Source: a virus
Virus record (IMG/VR): IMGVR_UViG_3300031963_009342
Coordinates: 39,273-103,272 of that record
DNA length: 64,000 bases
Reading direction: 5' to 3' (one strand)
Under the pieces are notes generated by a model, which was not told where the DNA came from, made no database searches, and saw only the letters and a list, made by a program, of their open reading frames with translations. The position numbers and the translations under genes are program-made. Of the stretch, positions 19,846 through 30,341 are shown piece after piece; within the stretch, counting starts at the first letter, position 1; the number at the start of each line of letters is the position of its first letter.

Positions 19846-20577
19846 ATGAAAAAATTACTAACTATTTTATTGACGGCATTAAATCTACACGCAAACGATC
19901 TATTTCTATATGATAAAAACAACGATGTGGAATTGACCGAGGTTATTAACAATAAACTAAACGTTTTGTCCACTATCGCAGGTAAAACATATACAATTAC
20001 TAACAGTCTCAATATCAATACAACCAACTCTAGTACATCATACATACTACCATATCGTATTTCAGTATTTCAGAAAGAAAACACATCTACATATTTTAAT
20101 CAAACCAGTACTGAATATGTAAATAATTTTAAATTACCTGAGGTGGTTAAAGTAAAAGATGCAATGTTTAACTTTACCGTCAATGGTGAATTATATTGTG
20201 TTAGTGAAAGTACTAATCTAAATACATTACTCACAACACTGTGTAGTGTAACATTTAAACAATCATCATTCTTTGTTAAATCTAATGAGAAGTATACACA
20301 TTTATATGTGGTTAGTGGCACAGTGACAGTATTGGACAATAAATCAAAGAAGAAGAAAGAATTAAAAGACGGCGATTATTTAGTTGTTACTCCACAAATC
20401 GTCATGAGTGCTAGAGAAGCTAGTGTTACTAAGATGGGTAATAGTTTTAGTGTAAAAGAAGTGGAGGATGAAGAAAAAGAAGTTCACATCAAGGAACTTA
20501 TACTACTTAAATCTAAGTTAGATAACACATTATTTGTAAACTACGGCCAGAACATCTTTGGAATTAAATTAAAATGA
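19846..20577 (+). CDS. secreted beta-rich protein, FecR-like
   Basis: Signal peptide MKKLLTILLTALNLHA; THLYVVSGTVTV..ELKDGD resembles FecR. Confidence 0.5.
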   Translation: MKKLLTILLTALNLHANDLFLYDKNNDVELTEVINNKLNVLSTIAGKTYTITNSLNINTTNSSTSYILPYRISVFQKENTSTYFNQTSTEYVNNFKLPEVVKVKDAMFNFTVNGELYCVSESTNLNTLLTTLCSVTFKQSSFFVKSNEKYTHLYVVSGTVTVLDNKSKKKKELKDGDYLVVTPQIVMSAREASVTKMGNSFSVKEVEDEEKEVHIKELILLKSKLDNTLFVNYGQNIFGIKLK

Positions 20578-20801
20578 AATTAGATCACCTACAGTCTCTT
20601 ACAGAAGATGAATTAGCAATGTTGTGGTTTTGTATTAATAAGGTAAATCCTCCGGTATTGTCGGGGGAAGAACTTGAACCCTCTTTATTTGTTGCAATTA
20701 AACACAAAAGATTGATGGATAGAATATTACAATGTGCACAACATGTAAAAGAAGAACATCACGCTGTTTTTACTGGACTTGTGAATAAATTGAAAGTATG
20801 A
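20574..20801 (+). CDS. hypothetical protein
   Basis: 75-aa ORF coupled between neighbours. Confidence 0.6.
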   Translation: MKLDHLQSLTEDELAMLWFCINKVNPPVLSGEELEPSLFVAIKHKRLMDRILQCAQHVKEEHHAVFTGLVNKLKV

Positions 20802-20811
20802 TGGTGTTATC

Positions 20812-23340
20812 ATGTATCAAAATATTTTTATTTCAAAGAAGGACAATACGGTCCATTTGTGGGACGATAAACGTGGATATGTAAAGTTTCCATATCAACC
20901 ATATGCTTATCGTAAGCGTAAGGGTGGTATGTATAAGAGTATTTATGGCGATGAACTTGAAAAAGTATATAAGTTCAGTCCTAAAGACCCAAGTCTGTTT
21001 GAGAGTGATGTTCCAGCCGAAACTCGGGTTTTGATTGATGCCTATGAAGACAGCGATGATTCATCTGTAGGCCATCGTGTTGTTTATTATGACATTGAAG
21101 TTAGTACCGAAGGTGGATTTCCAAAGGTAGATGAAGCTGATAAAGAAATTACTGCTATTGCGTTGTATGACGCTGCAGCAGAACAGTATACCGCATTTAT
21201 CTTGGATAAGGAACATCGTCTAGAAGACTACAAAAAAGAAAATGTAGAAGTTCGTGGATTTCAAGACGAATCAAGTCTACTAATGCACTTTTTGACAAAG
21301 TGGGAAGAAATTCAACCAACGATTGCTACTGGATGGAATATTGATGAGTTTGATACTCCTTATGTATTTAATAGAATTAAACGTGTATTGAGTGATCGCG
21401 AATCTAAACGATTGAGTCCAATTAATGTTTGTTATAAGAACGATTGGAGTGGTAAGATCGTTGTAGCAGGTGTTTCATTTATTGATTACATGGTCTTGTA
21501 TAAGAAGTGGAATATCAAGCAAGAACCAAGTTATGCATTGGGTGCAATTGGTAAGAAAGTGGTGGGCATGGAAAAGATTACCTATCGTGGTAGTTTGGAT
21601 GATTTGTATAAGAGTGATCTAAACAAGTATATTGAATATAACTTAAATGACGTAAAGATCATTGTTGCTCTAGAAAAGAAACTTCAATTTATTGAACAGG
21701 CAAGAGCTATCTGTCACAAAGGACATGTACCATATGATTGTTTTACAATGAGTTCACGATTTATTGAAGGTGCTATTCTTATGTATCTTCGTCGTAAGGG
21801 TCAAGTAGCTAAAAATAAACCTATTGATGGTAGAGAAGAATATGAAAACCAGATGGAACAAGGAGAAGAGGGATTTGAAGGTGCATATGTTAAAGATCCT
21901 GTTCCTGGTCGTTATGATTGGGTCTTTGATTTGGATCTCACATCAATGTATCCGAATATCATCATCAGTCTTAACATTTCACCTGAAACTAAAATAGCTA
22001 AAGCTGAGAATTGGGATTTTGAGAAATATATGAAGGGTGAGATTGATACGATTCAAGTTGGGTCAGCTTCATATACAAAAGAACAATTTACTAAATTATT
22101 GAAATCTTCCAATTACAGTATTGCTAGTAATGGAGTAATGTACAATCAGTCATTTCAAGGTGTTATTCCTGAAATTCTAGTAAAGTGGTTCGATGAACGT
22201 AAAGATCTTCGTAAACTAGCTAAAAAACATGCTGATGCTAAAGAATGGGAAAAATATGAATTTTATGATAGTCGTCAAAAAGTACAAAAAGTATTACTTA
22301 ATTCAATCTATGGTGTATTGGGCCTACCGATCTTTAGATTTTATGATAAGGATAATGCGAGTGCTGTTACCTTAACTGGTCAAGATATTATTAAGACCGC
22401 TAACAAAGCAATCAATCAATATTATAAAAAGACATTAAACGATACTGAAAACAAGGATTATGTTATCTATGTTGATACAGATTCTTGTTTTGCTAGTGCT
22501 TTGCCAATCATTAAACACAAAATGCCTGATATTGATCTTAATGATGAAAAACAGATGACCGAGGCTATTTTGAAGGTTTGTACAGAAGCTCAGAAACATG
22601 TTAATGACACATTTAACGTAATGGCAGATCGTATGTTTAATGTTCAAAAACATCGGTTTGATGCAAAACAAGAAGTTATTGCAAAGACCAGTTTTTGGCT
22701 GGCTAAGAAACGATATGCTCAGTTCATCATCAACAAAGGTGGTATTGAGTGTGATGAATTGGAAGTCAAGGGTATTGACGTTGTACGTACTAGCTTTCCA
22801 ATTAGGTTTCGTAAGTTTATGGAACAGTTTTTACAGAATATACTTCGTAAAGTTCCTAAAGAAGAAATTGATGAGTCTATTCTTAAGTTTAAGGAGAGTA
22901 TGACTAGTTATTCGGTTATTGAGATTGCTAAAAATACCAGTGTTAAATTCGTTAGCCAAGATAAGGTAAACGATTATAATCCAAAGAGTAGACATCCGTT
23001 TCAAATGATCAAGGGCGCTCCTGCTCAAGTAAAAGCTGGTTGTTATTACAATGATTTGTTGAAGTTGTGGCAATTGGACAATGAGATTCCAGAAATCTTT
23101 CATGGTCAGAAAATCAAGTGGGTATATCTAAAGCAAAATCCGTTTGGCATGGAATGTATTGCAATGAAGGCTGACGGTACAGATCCACAACGTATTTTGG
23201 AGTTTATTGAACAATATGTTGATAGAGATGCAATGTATGAACAAGAGCTCAAGAGCAAGTTGATTGATTTTTATAATGTGTTGAGTTGGGATTATCCAAA
23301 TGAAACAGATGCTAAATTAGGAGAATTCTTTAGTTTTTGA
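20812..23340 (+). CDS. family B DNA polymerase (T4 gp43-like)
   Basis: Exonuclease DIE, GWNIDEFD, YNLND; polymerase DLTSMYP, KVLLNSIYG, YVDTDS, KKRY, KGIDVVR. Confidence 0.97.
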   Translation: MYQNIFISKKDNTVHLWDDKRGYVKFPYQPYAYRKRKGGMYKSIYGDELEKVYKFSPKDPSLFESDVPAETRVLIDAYEDSDDSSVGHRVVYYDIEVSTEGGFPKVDEADKEITAIALYDAAAEQYTAFILDKEHRLEDYKKENVEVRGFQDESSLLMHFLTKWEEIQPTIATGWNIDEFDTPYVFNRIKRVLSDRESKRLSPINVCYKNDWSGKIVVAGVSFIDYMVLYKKWNIKQEPSYALGAIGKKVVGMEKITYRGSLDDLYKSDLNKYIEYNLNDVKIIVALEKKLQFIEQARAICHKGHVPYDCFTMSSRFIEGAILMYLRRKGQVAKNKPIDGREEYENQMEQGEEGFEGAYVKDPVPGRYDWVFDLDLTSMYPNIIISLNISPETKIAKAENWDFEKYMKGEIDTIQVGSASYTKEQFTKLLKSSNYSIASNGVMYNQSFQGVIPEILVKWFDERKDLRKLAKKHADAKEWEKYEFYDSRQKVQKVLLNSIYGVLGLPIFRFYDKDNASAVTLTGQDIIKTANKAINQYYKKTLNDTENKDYVIYVDTDSCFASALPIIKHKMPDIDLNDEKQMTEAILKVCTEAQKHVNDTFNVMADRMFNVQKHRFDAKQEVIAKTSFWLAKKRYAQFIINKGGIECDELEVKGIDVVRTSFPIRFRKFMEQFLQNILRKVPKEEIDESILKFKESMTSYSVIEIAKNTSVKFVSQDKVNDYNPKSRHPFQMIKGAPAQVKAGCYYNDLLKLWQLDNEIPEIFHGQKIKWVYLKQNPFGMECIAMKADGTDPQRILEFIEQYVDRDAMYEQELKSKLIDFYNVLSWDYPNETDAKLGEFFSF

Positions 23341-23368
23341 TTGACATTGAATGATAATATGTTATCAT
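23341..23368 (+). promoter_or_regulatory. sigma70-like promoter TTGACA-N16-TATCAT
   Basis: Directly after the pol stop; -10 ends 6 nt before ATG 23375. Confidence 0.6.
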
Positions 23369-23374
23369 ATCTAA

Positions 23375-23788
23375 ATGAAGTCTTCTGCGCAAAAATTAAC
23401 ATTACCTTTAAATGGTGATAAAATATCACTATATACAAAATATCCATCCTATTCTGCTATTGCAGAACAATATCAACGTGTAGTAATAGGACAACGAGGA
23501 CCATATATAGAATTTACAAAAAATCAAATATGTGACAAACTTTTATATATTCCTAAAAATCAGTTATATCGTTTAAGCGATCCTAAAGTCTACTACATAG
23601 AGTTTAGATCTATAGAAAACGATGTGAAAGTTTATTATCAAATGCGAAATGTAGCATATGCCGATTATCTTATAAATCATTTTTATATCTCTCCAATTGA
23701 TTTATACAAAGAAGATGGTACTAAATGTTTAAATACGGACTTGGTAATTAACGAAAATTTAAATGAATTTTTTGAATTCAAAAATTGA
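23375..23788 (+). CDS. hypothetical protein with polymerase-like C-terminal peptide
   Basis: 137 aa; ends LNEFFEFKN versus polymerase LGEFFSF. Confidence 0.7.
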   Translation: MKSSAQKLTLPLNGDKISLYTKYPSYSAIAEQYQRVVIGQRGPYIEFTKNQICDKLLYIPKNQLYRLSDPKVYYIEFRSIENDVKVYYQMRNVAYADYLINHFYISPIDLYKEDGTKCLNTDLVINENLNEFFEFKN

Positions 23789-23813
23789 CAAAACAAACAA
23801 TCAGAATTAGAAT
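23785..23813 (+). promoter_or_regulatory. sigma70-like promoter TTGACA-N17-TAGAAT
   Basis: 8 nt upstream of the clamp ATG. Confidence 0.6.
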
Positions 23814-23821
23814 AATAGAGT

Positions 23822-24559
23822 ATGAAGAAACAAGTAATAAATACGTTTATAGATAAATATTCACTCAACGGATCCATTGAAAGTGTAAAATGGGTTGTTG
23901 ATACCACCAACAAACAAATCAAAACGTCATCTATTAGCGATGACAAAAATGTTTTGAGTTATGTAGTAATTAAAGACGACGCGGGATTAACCGATAGTGA
24001 ATTTGGTATTAATGATACGACCAAATTTAAGAAACTGTTGAACGTTCTCTCAGACGATGTTAACGTATCATTTAACAAACGTGACGATAAGATCGTCTCA
24101 CTTTCACTAAATTGTGAAACGACAGAGGTGCAATATGTTACAGCAGATCTTAATGTAATTCCAAAGGTACCGGATCTAAAGAAGTTGCCTCCGTTCAATT
24201 TGGAAATTCCATTAACCAAAGAGTTTGTAACTACATTTGTAAAAGCTAAAAGTGCGTTGAGTGACGTTGATACCATGACTTTTACAAAGGATAAAAAAGA
24301 TAAGATCAAACTTATAATCGGATACAGTAATGTTAATAGCAATCGTATTAATATTGATGTAAAGCCAGTGGAAGGTAAAGATGGTCTTGTTAAGACTATT
24401 CACTTTAGCGCGAAGTATCTTAAAGAAATTCTCACTAGTAACAGTGATTGTGAAAATGCAGTACTTAAGATTAGCGACCAGGGTATTATGCATGTAGAGT
24501 TCAATAATGATTTGTTCAATAGCAATTATTATCTAATTGAAATCAAGAGTGTAGATTAA
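23822..24559 (+). CDS. DNA sliding clamp (gp45/PCNA-like)
   Basis: 245 aa, between polymerase and clamp loader; FGIND..KFKKLL and FSAKYLKEIL..LKISDQG patterns. Confidence 0.8.
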   Translation: MKKQVINTFIDKYSLNGSIESVKWVVDTTNKQIKTSSISDDKNVLSYVVIKDDAGLTDSEFGINDTTKFKKLLNVLSDDVNVSFNKRDDKIVSLSLNCETTEVQYVTADLNVIPKVPDLKKLPPFNLEIPLTKEFVTTFVKAKSALSDVDTMTFTKDKKDKIKLIIGYSNVNSNRINIDVKPVEGKDGLVKTIHFSAKYLKEILTSNSDCENAVLKISDQGIMHVEFNNDLFNSNYYLIEIKSVD

Positions 24560-24561
24560 TT

Positions 24562-25518
24562 ATGAATTTCTTTGTTGAAGAAAAGTCTGTAAATATAGAA
24601 CAACACAGTTTATGGGCCGAACGATATCGTCCTGATACTGTAGAAAATTACATTTGTAGTGATCAATTGAGAAGTATCTTGAAGGATTTTATTTCTAAAA
24701 AGGACATTCCTCACTTGTTGTTTCATGGAAATGCTGGTACTGGCAAGACTACTCTTGCTAAAATTCTAACGAAAAATATTCCATGTGATGTGATGTATGT
24801 AAACGCATCAGATAATACCGGCGTAGACTTCGTTCGTGACAAGATCAGACCGTTTGCTTCTTCAATGGGGTTTTACGATCTTAAGATTGTCATTTTGGAC
24901 GAATCGGACTATATGTCTGCTGCTTCACAAGCTTCACTTCGCAATCTAATGGAGACGTATAGTAAAACTACACGATTCATTCTTACTTGTAATTACATAG
25001 AGAAGATTATTTCTCCACTTATTAGTCGGTGTCAGGTATTTCAGATTGAACCTCCTGCCAAAAAAGATGTAGCACTTTATGCTAAGAATATTTTGGATGA
25101 GGAAACGGTTAAGTATGAACTATCCGATTTGAAGATCGTCGTTGATAATTTTTATCCTGATATTCGCAAAATTGTTAACTTTCTTCAACAGAGTTCTACC
25201 AACGGATCTTTAAAGTTAGTTAAAACACAAAGTGCTAGTTTTGATCTTAAAAATAAGTTGATTGAACTATTGAAGAATTCAAAGACTAATGGTAAAGTTT
25301 TTAACGAAATTCGTCAGTTAATCGCGGATTCTGGAACAAAATCATTTGATGAATTATATAGTGAGTTATATAATAAATGTGGAGAATTTGCTACAGGTAA
25401 AGAAATATCTGTGATAATTGAAGTAGCAGAATATATGTATCAAAGCAACATGGTTGTAGACAAAGAAATTACGTTTATGGCATGTATTGCTAAATTAATT
25501 AAAACTATTACTAAATGA
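24562..25518 (+). CDS. clamp loader ATPase (gp44/RFC small subunit-like)
   Basis: WAERYRP, GNAGTGKTT, NASD, LDESD, SRC motifs. Confidence 0.95.
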   Translation: MNFFVEEKSVNIEQHSLWAERYRPDTVENYICSDQLRSILKDFISKKDIPHLLFHGNAGTGKTTLAKILTKNIPCDVMYVNASDNTGVDFVRDKIRPFASSMGFYDLKIVILDESDYMSAASQASLRNLMETYSKTTRFILTCNYIEKIISPLISRCQVFQIEPPAKKDVALYAKNILDEETVKYELSDLKIVVDNFYPDIRKIVNFLQQSSTNGSLKLVKTQSASFDLKNKLIELLKNSKTNGKVFNEIRQLIADSGTKSFDELYSELYNKCGEFATGKEISVIIEVAEYMYQSNMVVDKEITFMACIAKLIKTITK

Positions 25519-26645
25519 TTAAAAATGTTATAACAACTGAAAATCCGCTTGTTGTTTCACGATCTCGTATAATTCGTCCAGATCAAGTTAGTAAACAAGA
25601 AGTAAAAAAATCATTTGATATAACAGAAGACGATGCAATCAAATACATAGGTCAAACCGGTACTAGTGGTTATGCTTGTGCTGCTAAAGGTTATATAGCA
25701 GATTACGTATTAAGAGGAATTCCAATAAAATGGGTTCCTCTTAATTTTGATGATAGTACCAATGATAAGACGTATTACGTAGATGCATTAGCGGAGTCGG
25801 CAATTCAATCATATAGCTTTAATTTTAATAAAGCAATAATACACTCTACTCCTGATATATGGGAAGGATTTCTCAATGAAAATAAAAAAATACCTTATAT
25901 TTCTGGATATTGTACGTGGGAAACAAATAAACTACCTGAAAAGTGGGTTGATTGTATTAATTTGGTACCTGAAGTCATGGTGCCCTCCGTCTTTAATAAA
26001 GAATGTTTTATTAATTCAGGTGTTAAATCTAACATAACTGTTGTGCCACATATATGGCACCATAAAAAGTTAATTAACAAAGATGGTATTGTTATAAAAG
26101 ATTATAATGATGTAATAATACCAAAAGATAAGTTTACATTTTATAGTATAGGCGAATTTAATTTTAGAAAAGGAATTGAAGATCTTATAACCGTTTTTGA
26201 CATTTTTAATGATAAATACGAAGATACACAGTTAGTGTTAAAAATTCATTACAAAGAATATAAAAATAAAAATTATTGTATTGAAAAAGTAAAGTCTTTA
26301 ACAAATAAGTTAGGTACCAAAATATTTCTTATATTAGATAATATCTCTAATAGAGAAATACTTGCGTTACATAGTTTTGGAGACTGTTATATAAGCCTTA
26401 ATAAAGGAGAAGGTTTTGGGTTAACAATTTTTGACGCATATAATTTAGGTAAACCAATCATAACAACTGGATATGGTGGTCAAATTGATTATTTAGGAAC
26501 GGATTATGTTGGGTTGGTTGAATATAAATTAGATAAAGTAAATGGAATGGAGTCGTTTAGTACTAATTATTCTAGTGACCAACAGTGGGCATATCCAAAT
26601 TTGGAACATACATATGAACTGATGAAATATTGTTATGAAAATTAA
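25515..26645 (+). CDS. GT4 glycosyltransferase
   Basis: SGYA, WETN, RKGIEDL, GEGFGLTIFDAYNLGKP. Confidence 0.85.
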   Translation: MIKNVITTENPLVVSRSRIIRPDQVSKQEVKKSFDITEDDAIKYIGQTGTSGYACAAKGYIADYVLRGIPIKWVPLNFDDSTNDKTYYVDALAESAIQSYSFNFNKAIIHSTPDIWEGFLNENKKIPYISGYCTWETNKLPEKWVDCINLVPEVMVPSVFNKECFINSGVKSNITVVPHIWHHKKLINKDGIVIKDYNDVIIPKDKFTFYSIGEFNFRKGIEDLITVFDIFNDKYEDTQLVLKIHYKEYKNKNYCIEKVKSLTNKLGTKIFLILDNISNREILALHSFGDCYISLNKGEGFGLTIFDAYNLGKPIITTGYGGQIDYLGTDYVGLVEYKLDKVNGMESFSTNYSSDQQWAYPNLEHTYELMKYCYEN

Positions 26646-26708
26646 TTTTAATCAATTAGATGAAAATGGAAAACAAATTTAATTTACGCACGAGATTAAT
26701 ATTTTAAT

Positions 26709-27644
26709 ATGAATAAATCTGATAAAATTTACATTGCTGGACACAAAGGCTTAGTTGGAAGTGCTATTTTAAGACTTTTACAAAAAGAAGGATATACTAA
26801 TTTAGTTTATAAAACTCGTAAGGAATTAGATTTAACTAATCAAGTTGATGTATCAAATTTCTTTAAACGAGAAAAACCTGAATACGTATTTTTAGCAGCT
26901 GCTAAGGTAGGTGGTATTCATGCTAACAATACATATCCAGCCGATTTTATTGTAGATAATATTCAAATTCAAACCAATATAATTAAATCTTCATTTGAGA
27001 ATAATGTTAAGAAACTTTTATTTATGGGCAGCGTGTGTATATATCCAAAATATGCGGATGTGCCCGTTAAAGAAAGTTCTTTATTGACCGGAATGCTTGA
27101 ACCTACTAACGATGCATATGCAATTGCAAAGATTGCTGGTATTAAAATGTGTCAGTCTTATAGAAAACAATATGGTGTAGACTATATTTCTACTATGCCT
27201 TGTAATTTATATGGAGTTAATGATAACTTCCACCCAACCAATTCACATGTATTACCTGCTTTGATTCGTAGATTTCATGAAGCCAAGATTAATAAATTGG
27301 ATGAGGTAGTTTGTTGGGGAGATGGTAGTGTTAGAAGAGAGTTCATGAATGCCGATGATATAGCAGACGCTTCATTGTTTTTAATTAACAATTATAACTC
27401 CGATGAAATAATCAATGTTGGTTATGGAGATGATTATACAATCAAAGAAATTGTTGAAATAATTAAAGATATTGTTGATTATGATGGAAAAATCATATGG
27501 GATGTTACAAAGCCAAACGGCACTCCGAAACGATTGTTGGATTCTAGTAAAATATTTAATATGGGATGGAAACCTAAAGTTAATTTGAAGGATGGATTAA
27601 AAAATACTTATAATTGGTATATTAATCGGAGTAATACAATATGA
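26709..27644 (+). CDS. fcl: GDP-L-fucose synthase
   Basis: [47 protein letters not shown]. Confidence 0.95.
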   Translation: MNKSDKIYIAGHKGLVGSAILRLLQKEGYTNLVYKTRKELDLTNQVDVSNFFKREKPEYVFLAAAKVGGIHANNTYPADFIVDNIQIQTNIIKSSFENNVKKLLFMGSVCIYPKYADVPVKESSLLTGMLEPTNDAYAIAKIAGIKMCQSYRKQYGVDYISTMPCNLYGVNDNFHPTNSHVLPALIRRFHEAKINKLDEVVCWGDGSVRREFMNADDIADASLFLINNYNSDEIINVGYGDDYTIKEIVEIIKDIVDYDGKIIWDVTKPNGTPKRLLDSSKIFNMGWKPKVNLKDGLKNTYNWYINRSNTI

Positions 27645-28300
27645 ATATAGAATACAAATCTCAATATGGACAAGATCAATATATTATTGAAAAATTGTTT
27701 GATAGAATGGATTATGGATATTTTGTAGATATAGGTGCTGGCGATGGGATAACAATATCAAACAGTTATATTTTGGAAAAACAATTTAAATGGGATGGTA
27801 TTTGTTTAGAACCGTCCAGTATAAGTTTTCCAACTCTATTGCAAAATAGAAACTGTAAATGTGATGATACGTTGGTATATAACCATACAGGTACTCAAAA
27901 ATATTTTGATATAAAAAATACCGGTTACTTTAATGAATATTTTTCGTCAATTAATAAACCGGATGATCATTTTAAAGACTACTCTATTATAGATAAAAAG
28001 TGTGACACATTGTACAACGTATTAAATAAATTACAATCGTCAACTATGATTCATTATCTATCAATAGATACAGAGGGAAGTGAACTTGAAATTTTAAAAA
28101 ATTTTTTTGAAGACGAATATATTAAGGATTCGCGGGCGTGGAAACGTAGAATTTTATCCATAAGTATAGAACATAATTTCAACGAATCGTACAGATCTGA
28201 AATTAATGATTTAATGAATTTTTATTTGTACGATAAAGTAAATGAACTAGGAGTTGATGATATATACGTACATAAATTATATTCACATTTAGCAAAATAA
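27641..28300 (+). CDS. FkbM-family methyltransferase
   Basis: [27 protein letters not shown]. Confidence 0.88.
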   Translation: MNIEYKSQYGQDQYIIEKLFDRMDYGYFVDIGAGDGITISNSYILEKQFKWDGICLEPSSISFPTLLQNRNCKCDDTLVYNHTGTQKYFDIKNTGYFNEYFSSINKPDDHFKDYSIIDKKCDTLYNVLNKLQSSTMIHYLSIDTEGSELEILKNFFEDEYIKDSRAWKRRILSISIEHNFNESYRSEINDLMNFYLYDKVNELGVDDIYVHKLYSHLAK

Positions 28301-28302
28301 TT

Positions 28303-29259
28303 ATGAAAAAACACTTGAGAATTTTATATGGATGTGACGATAGATTTGATATTGTTATAAATACAGTTAATGTATGTGAAAAATATTTTGATTCTATCAC
28401 TATACTTAATTCCGGCCCAGCAGAGTTTTATGAAAAATTAACAAATGCCGTGACTGGAAAAGTTGTTGTAAGGCAACTTAATAAATTTTTAGAAATTGAA
28501 TCGTGTAGACGAGCGATGGTAGATGACGTACCTGAAAATGAATGGGTATTGTGGCTGGATGCGGATGAAAGACCTTCTCCTGAATTACTAAATGATTTTG
28601 ACAATGTATTAAATCTCGCAGAAAAAGAAAATTTTAATGTAGTACGGTTTATTTGGTGTGAACATACAGAAGGCGTAATGTGTCCGATTCATCCAAACAT
28701 TCCGAAAACACATGAAGAATTTGCACAAAACCACGGCGGTCATTATTTCATGCCTTCTAGATTAATAAAAAAACAAAAAAACATGTGTGTGTCTTCTAAT
28801 TTCGGATCACACGAAACATTTATATTAAAAAATGAGAAACAGATGTATAATTCAAACATCGTATTTCATATGAAATCTCATTTGCAATATCACCAATCAA
28901 TTGTATTCTCGGGATTTCTAAATCCATTTTCTCACGTTAACTGTGCAAATTTACAAACATTACGAGAGTGTATTGATAGAAAAAAATATATCATGTTGAG
29001 AGAATTTCAAAAGAAAACAAATGTATATACATCAAATGATTTTGTTAAAAAAATAAAAATTGAAAAAGATGAAATCTTTATAGAAGATGTTAAAAAGCTA
29101 TTTTCTTCGTTTAGGGACGCCGATCAATCTGGCCCAAGTAATTCAGATATAACTTTTAATTATATGTTAGATTTTTGTGAAAAATATAATTTAGATGTAG
29201 AAAGTCCACATTATCCATGTAATAAAAGTTGTTGTGTTTATAATGGTATACAATTATGA
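28303..29259 (+). CDS. GT2-like glycosyltransferase
   Basis: WVLWLDADE, SHE motifs. Confidence 0.65.
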   Translation: MKKHLRILYGCDDRFDIVINTVNVCEKYFDSITILNSGPAEFYEKLTNAVTGKVVVRQLNKFLEIESCRRAMVDDVPENEWVLWLDADERPSPELLNDFDNVLNLAEKENFNVVRFIWCEHTEGVMCPIHPNIPKTHEEFAQNHGGHYFMPSRLIKKQKNMCVSSNFGSHETFILKNEKQMYNSNIVFHMKSHLQYHQSIVFSGFLNPFSHVNCANLQTLRECIDRKKYIMLREFQKKTNVYTSNDFVKKIKIEKDEIFIEDVKKLFSSFRDADQSGPSNSDITFNYMLDFCEKYNLDVESPHYPCNKSCCVYNGIQL

Positions 29260-30341
29260 AAAAAGTGTTATTTTATTTTGATTGTCGGCTCTTGACAACG
29301 AGAGCTATAGATATTTTAAAATTTTTACATTATAAACTAGACTATGACATATATTTTTATGAATTGGATAATAACTCAATTTGGATATTTAATAATTTAT
29401 ATAACTACTATAGTTACCACATTTGGAATAAAAACGATATAAATCAATTTGAAATTATTTTTTATGATAATACGTCCTGGGAACCAGGAATGTCAAAAAT
29501 AAATGAATATGCAAAGTCTTTCAAAAATAAGCTTGTTTGTATTAATTATGAAGATGGCCAAGAATTTTATTTACAAAATGTAGAACAATATACAATTGAT
29601 AAAACATTAATGTTTATTAATAATGCTTTATATATTGATAGAGATCGTTATAATAAACAAATTCACGATAAACTTTTTTTGACTACATCTTATATATCTA
29701 ATAGTCAGATATTTAAGAATAAAACAATAGATATAAATAATAAAAAATCAAGGATTTATTTTACAGGAAGTTTAACAGGCAATCCTTCCAAACTTACTAA
29801 TTTTAGTGAATCAGAAAAATATTTTAGATATAATTTAATTAAAAAAATATATAATAATAAAAAATACGATTCATATTTAAAATTTTTTAATTGTGATCCA
29901 AGTTATAGAACTTTTTTTAATACCGTTGTAGAGAATGAATTAAAAAGTAATACTGACAAATATTATTCTCCAGAAGAATATTGTAATATGATGGTTGAAA
30001 GTATGTTTTGTGTTGCTGTAAAAGGTAATAGTTTTCCTACAAATAGACTTCATGAATCACAAGCTGCTGGATGTATTTCTATAACAAATAATTTTGATAA
30101 CGAAATTGAAATTTATGGCGTTGGAAAAAATGAAAGTACTTTTTTGGAGATAAAAATTGATCTTTCTGATTTGGAAGAAAAAATTGATTTTTGTTTAAAT
30201 AATATGGATTTTTCTAAAAATTTAATGATTAACTCTAGAAAAAATTGGGAAATGTATAACATGTTAGACGAAATAGGAATATATACATCTAAAACTTTAA
30301 TGTATCACTTTGATGGTTTTATAAAATATGGAATTATATGA
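29256..30341 (+). CDS. putative glycosyltransferase (GT-B, GT47/GT90-like)
   Basis: FTGSLTG, FCVAVKGNSFPTNRLHE. Confidence 0.5.
   Translation: MKKVLFYFDCRLLTTRAIDILKFLHYKLDYDIYFYELDNNSIWIFNNLYNYYSYHIWNKNDINQFEIIFYDNTSWEPGMSKINEYAKSFKNKLVCINYEDGQEFYLQNVEQYTIDKTLMFINNALYIDRDRYNKQIHDKLFLTTSYISNSQIFKNKTIDINNKKSRIYFTGSLTGNPSKLTNFSESEKYFRYNLIKKIYNNKKYDSYLKFFNCDPSYRTFFNTVVENELKSNTDKYYSPEEYCNMMVESMFCVAVKGNSFPTNRLHESQAAGCISITNNFDNEIEIYGVGKNESTFLEIKIDLSDLEEKIDFCLNNMDFSKNLMINSRKNWEMYNMLDEIGIYTSKTLMYHFDGFIKYGII

Noticed and set aside
20812-25518. Archaeal or eukaryotic giant-virus origin suggested by PolB, RFC and PCNA-like genes
   Set aside because: Sigma70 promoters, coupled operons, intrinsic terminators and a peptidoglycan lysozyme point to a bacteriophage
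26635-26682. 15-aa mini-ORF MKINFNQLDENGKQI overlapping the upstream stop
   Set aside because: Too short to support; could be a deletion scar or chance
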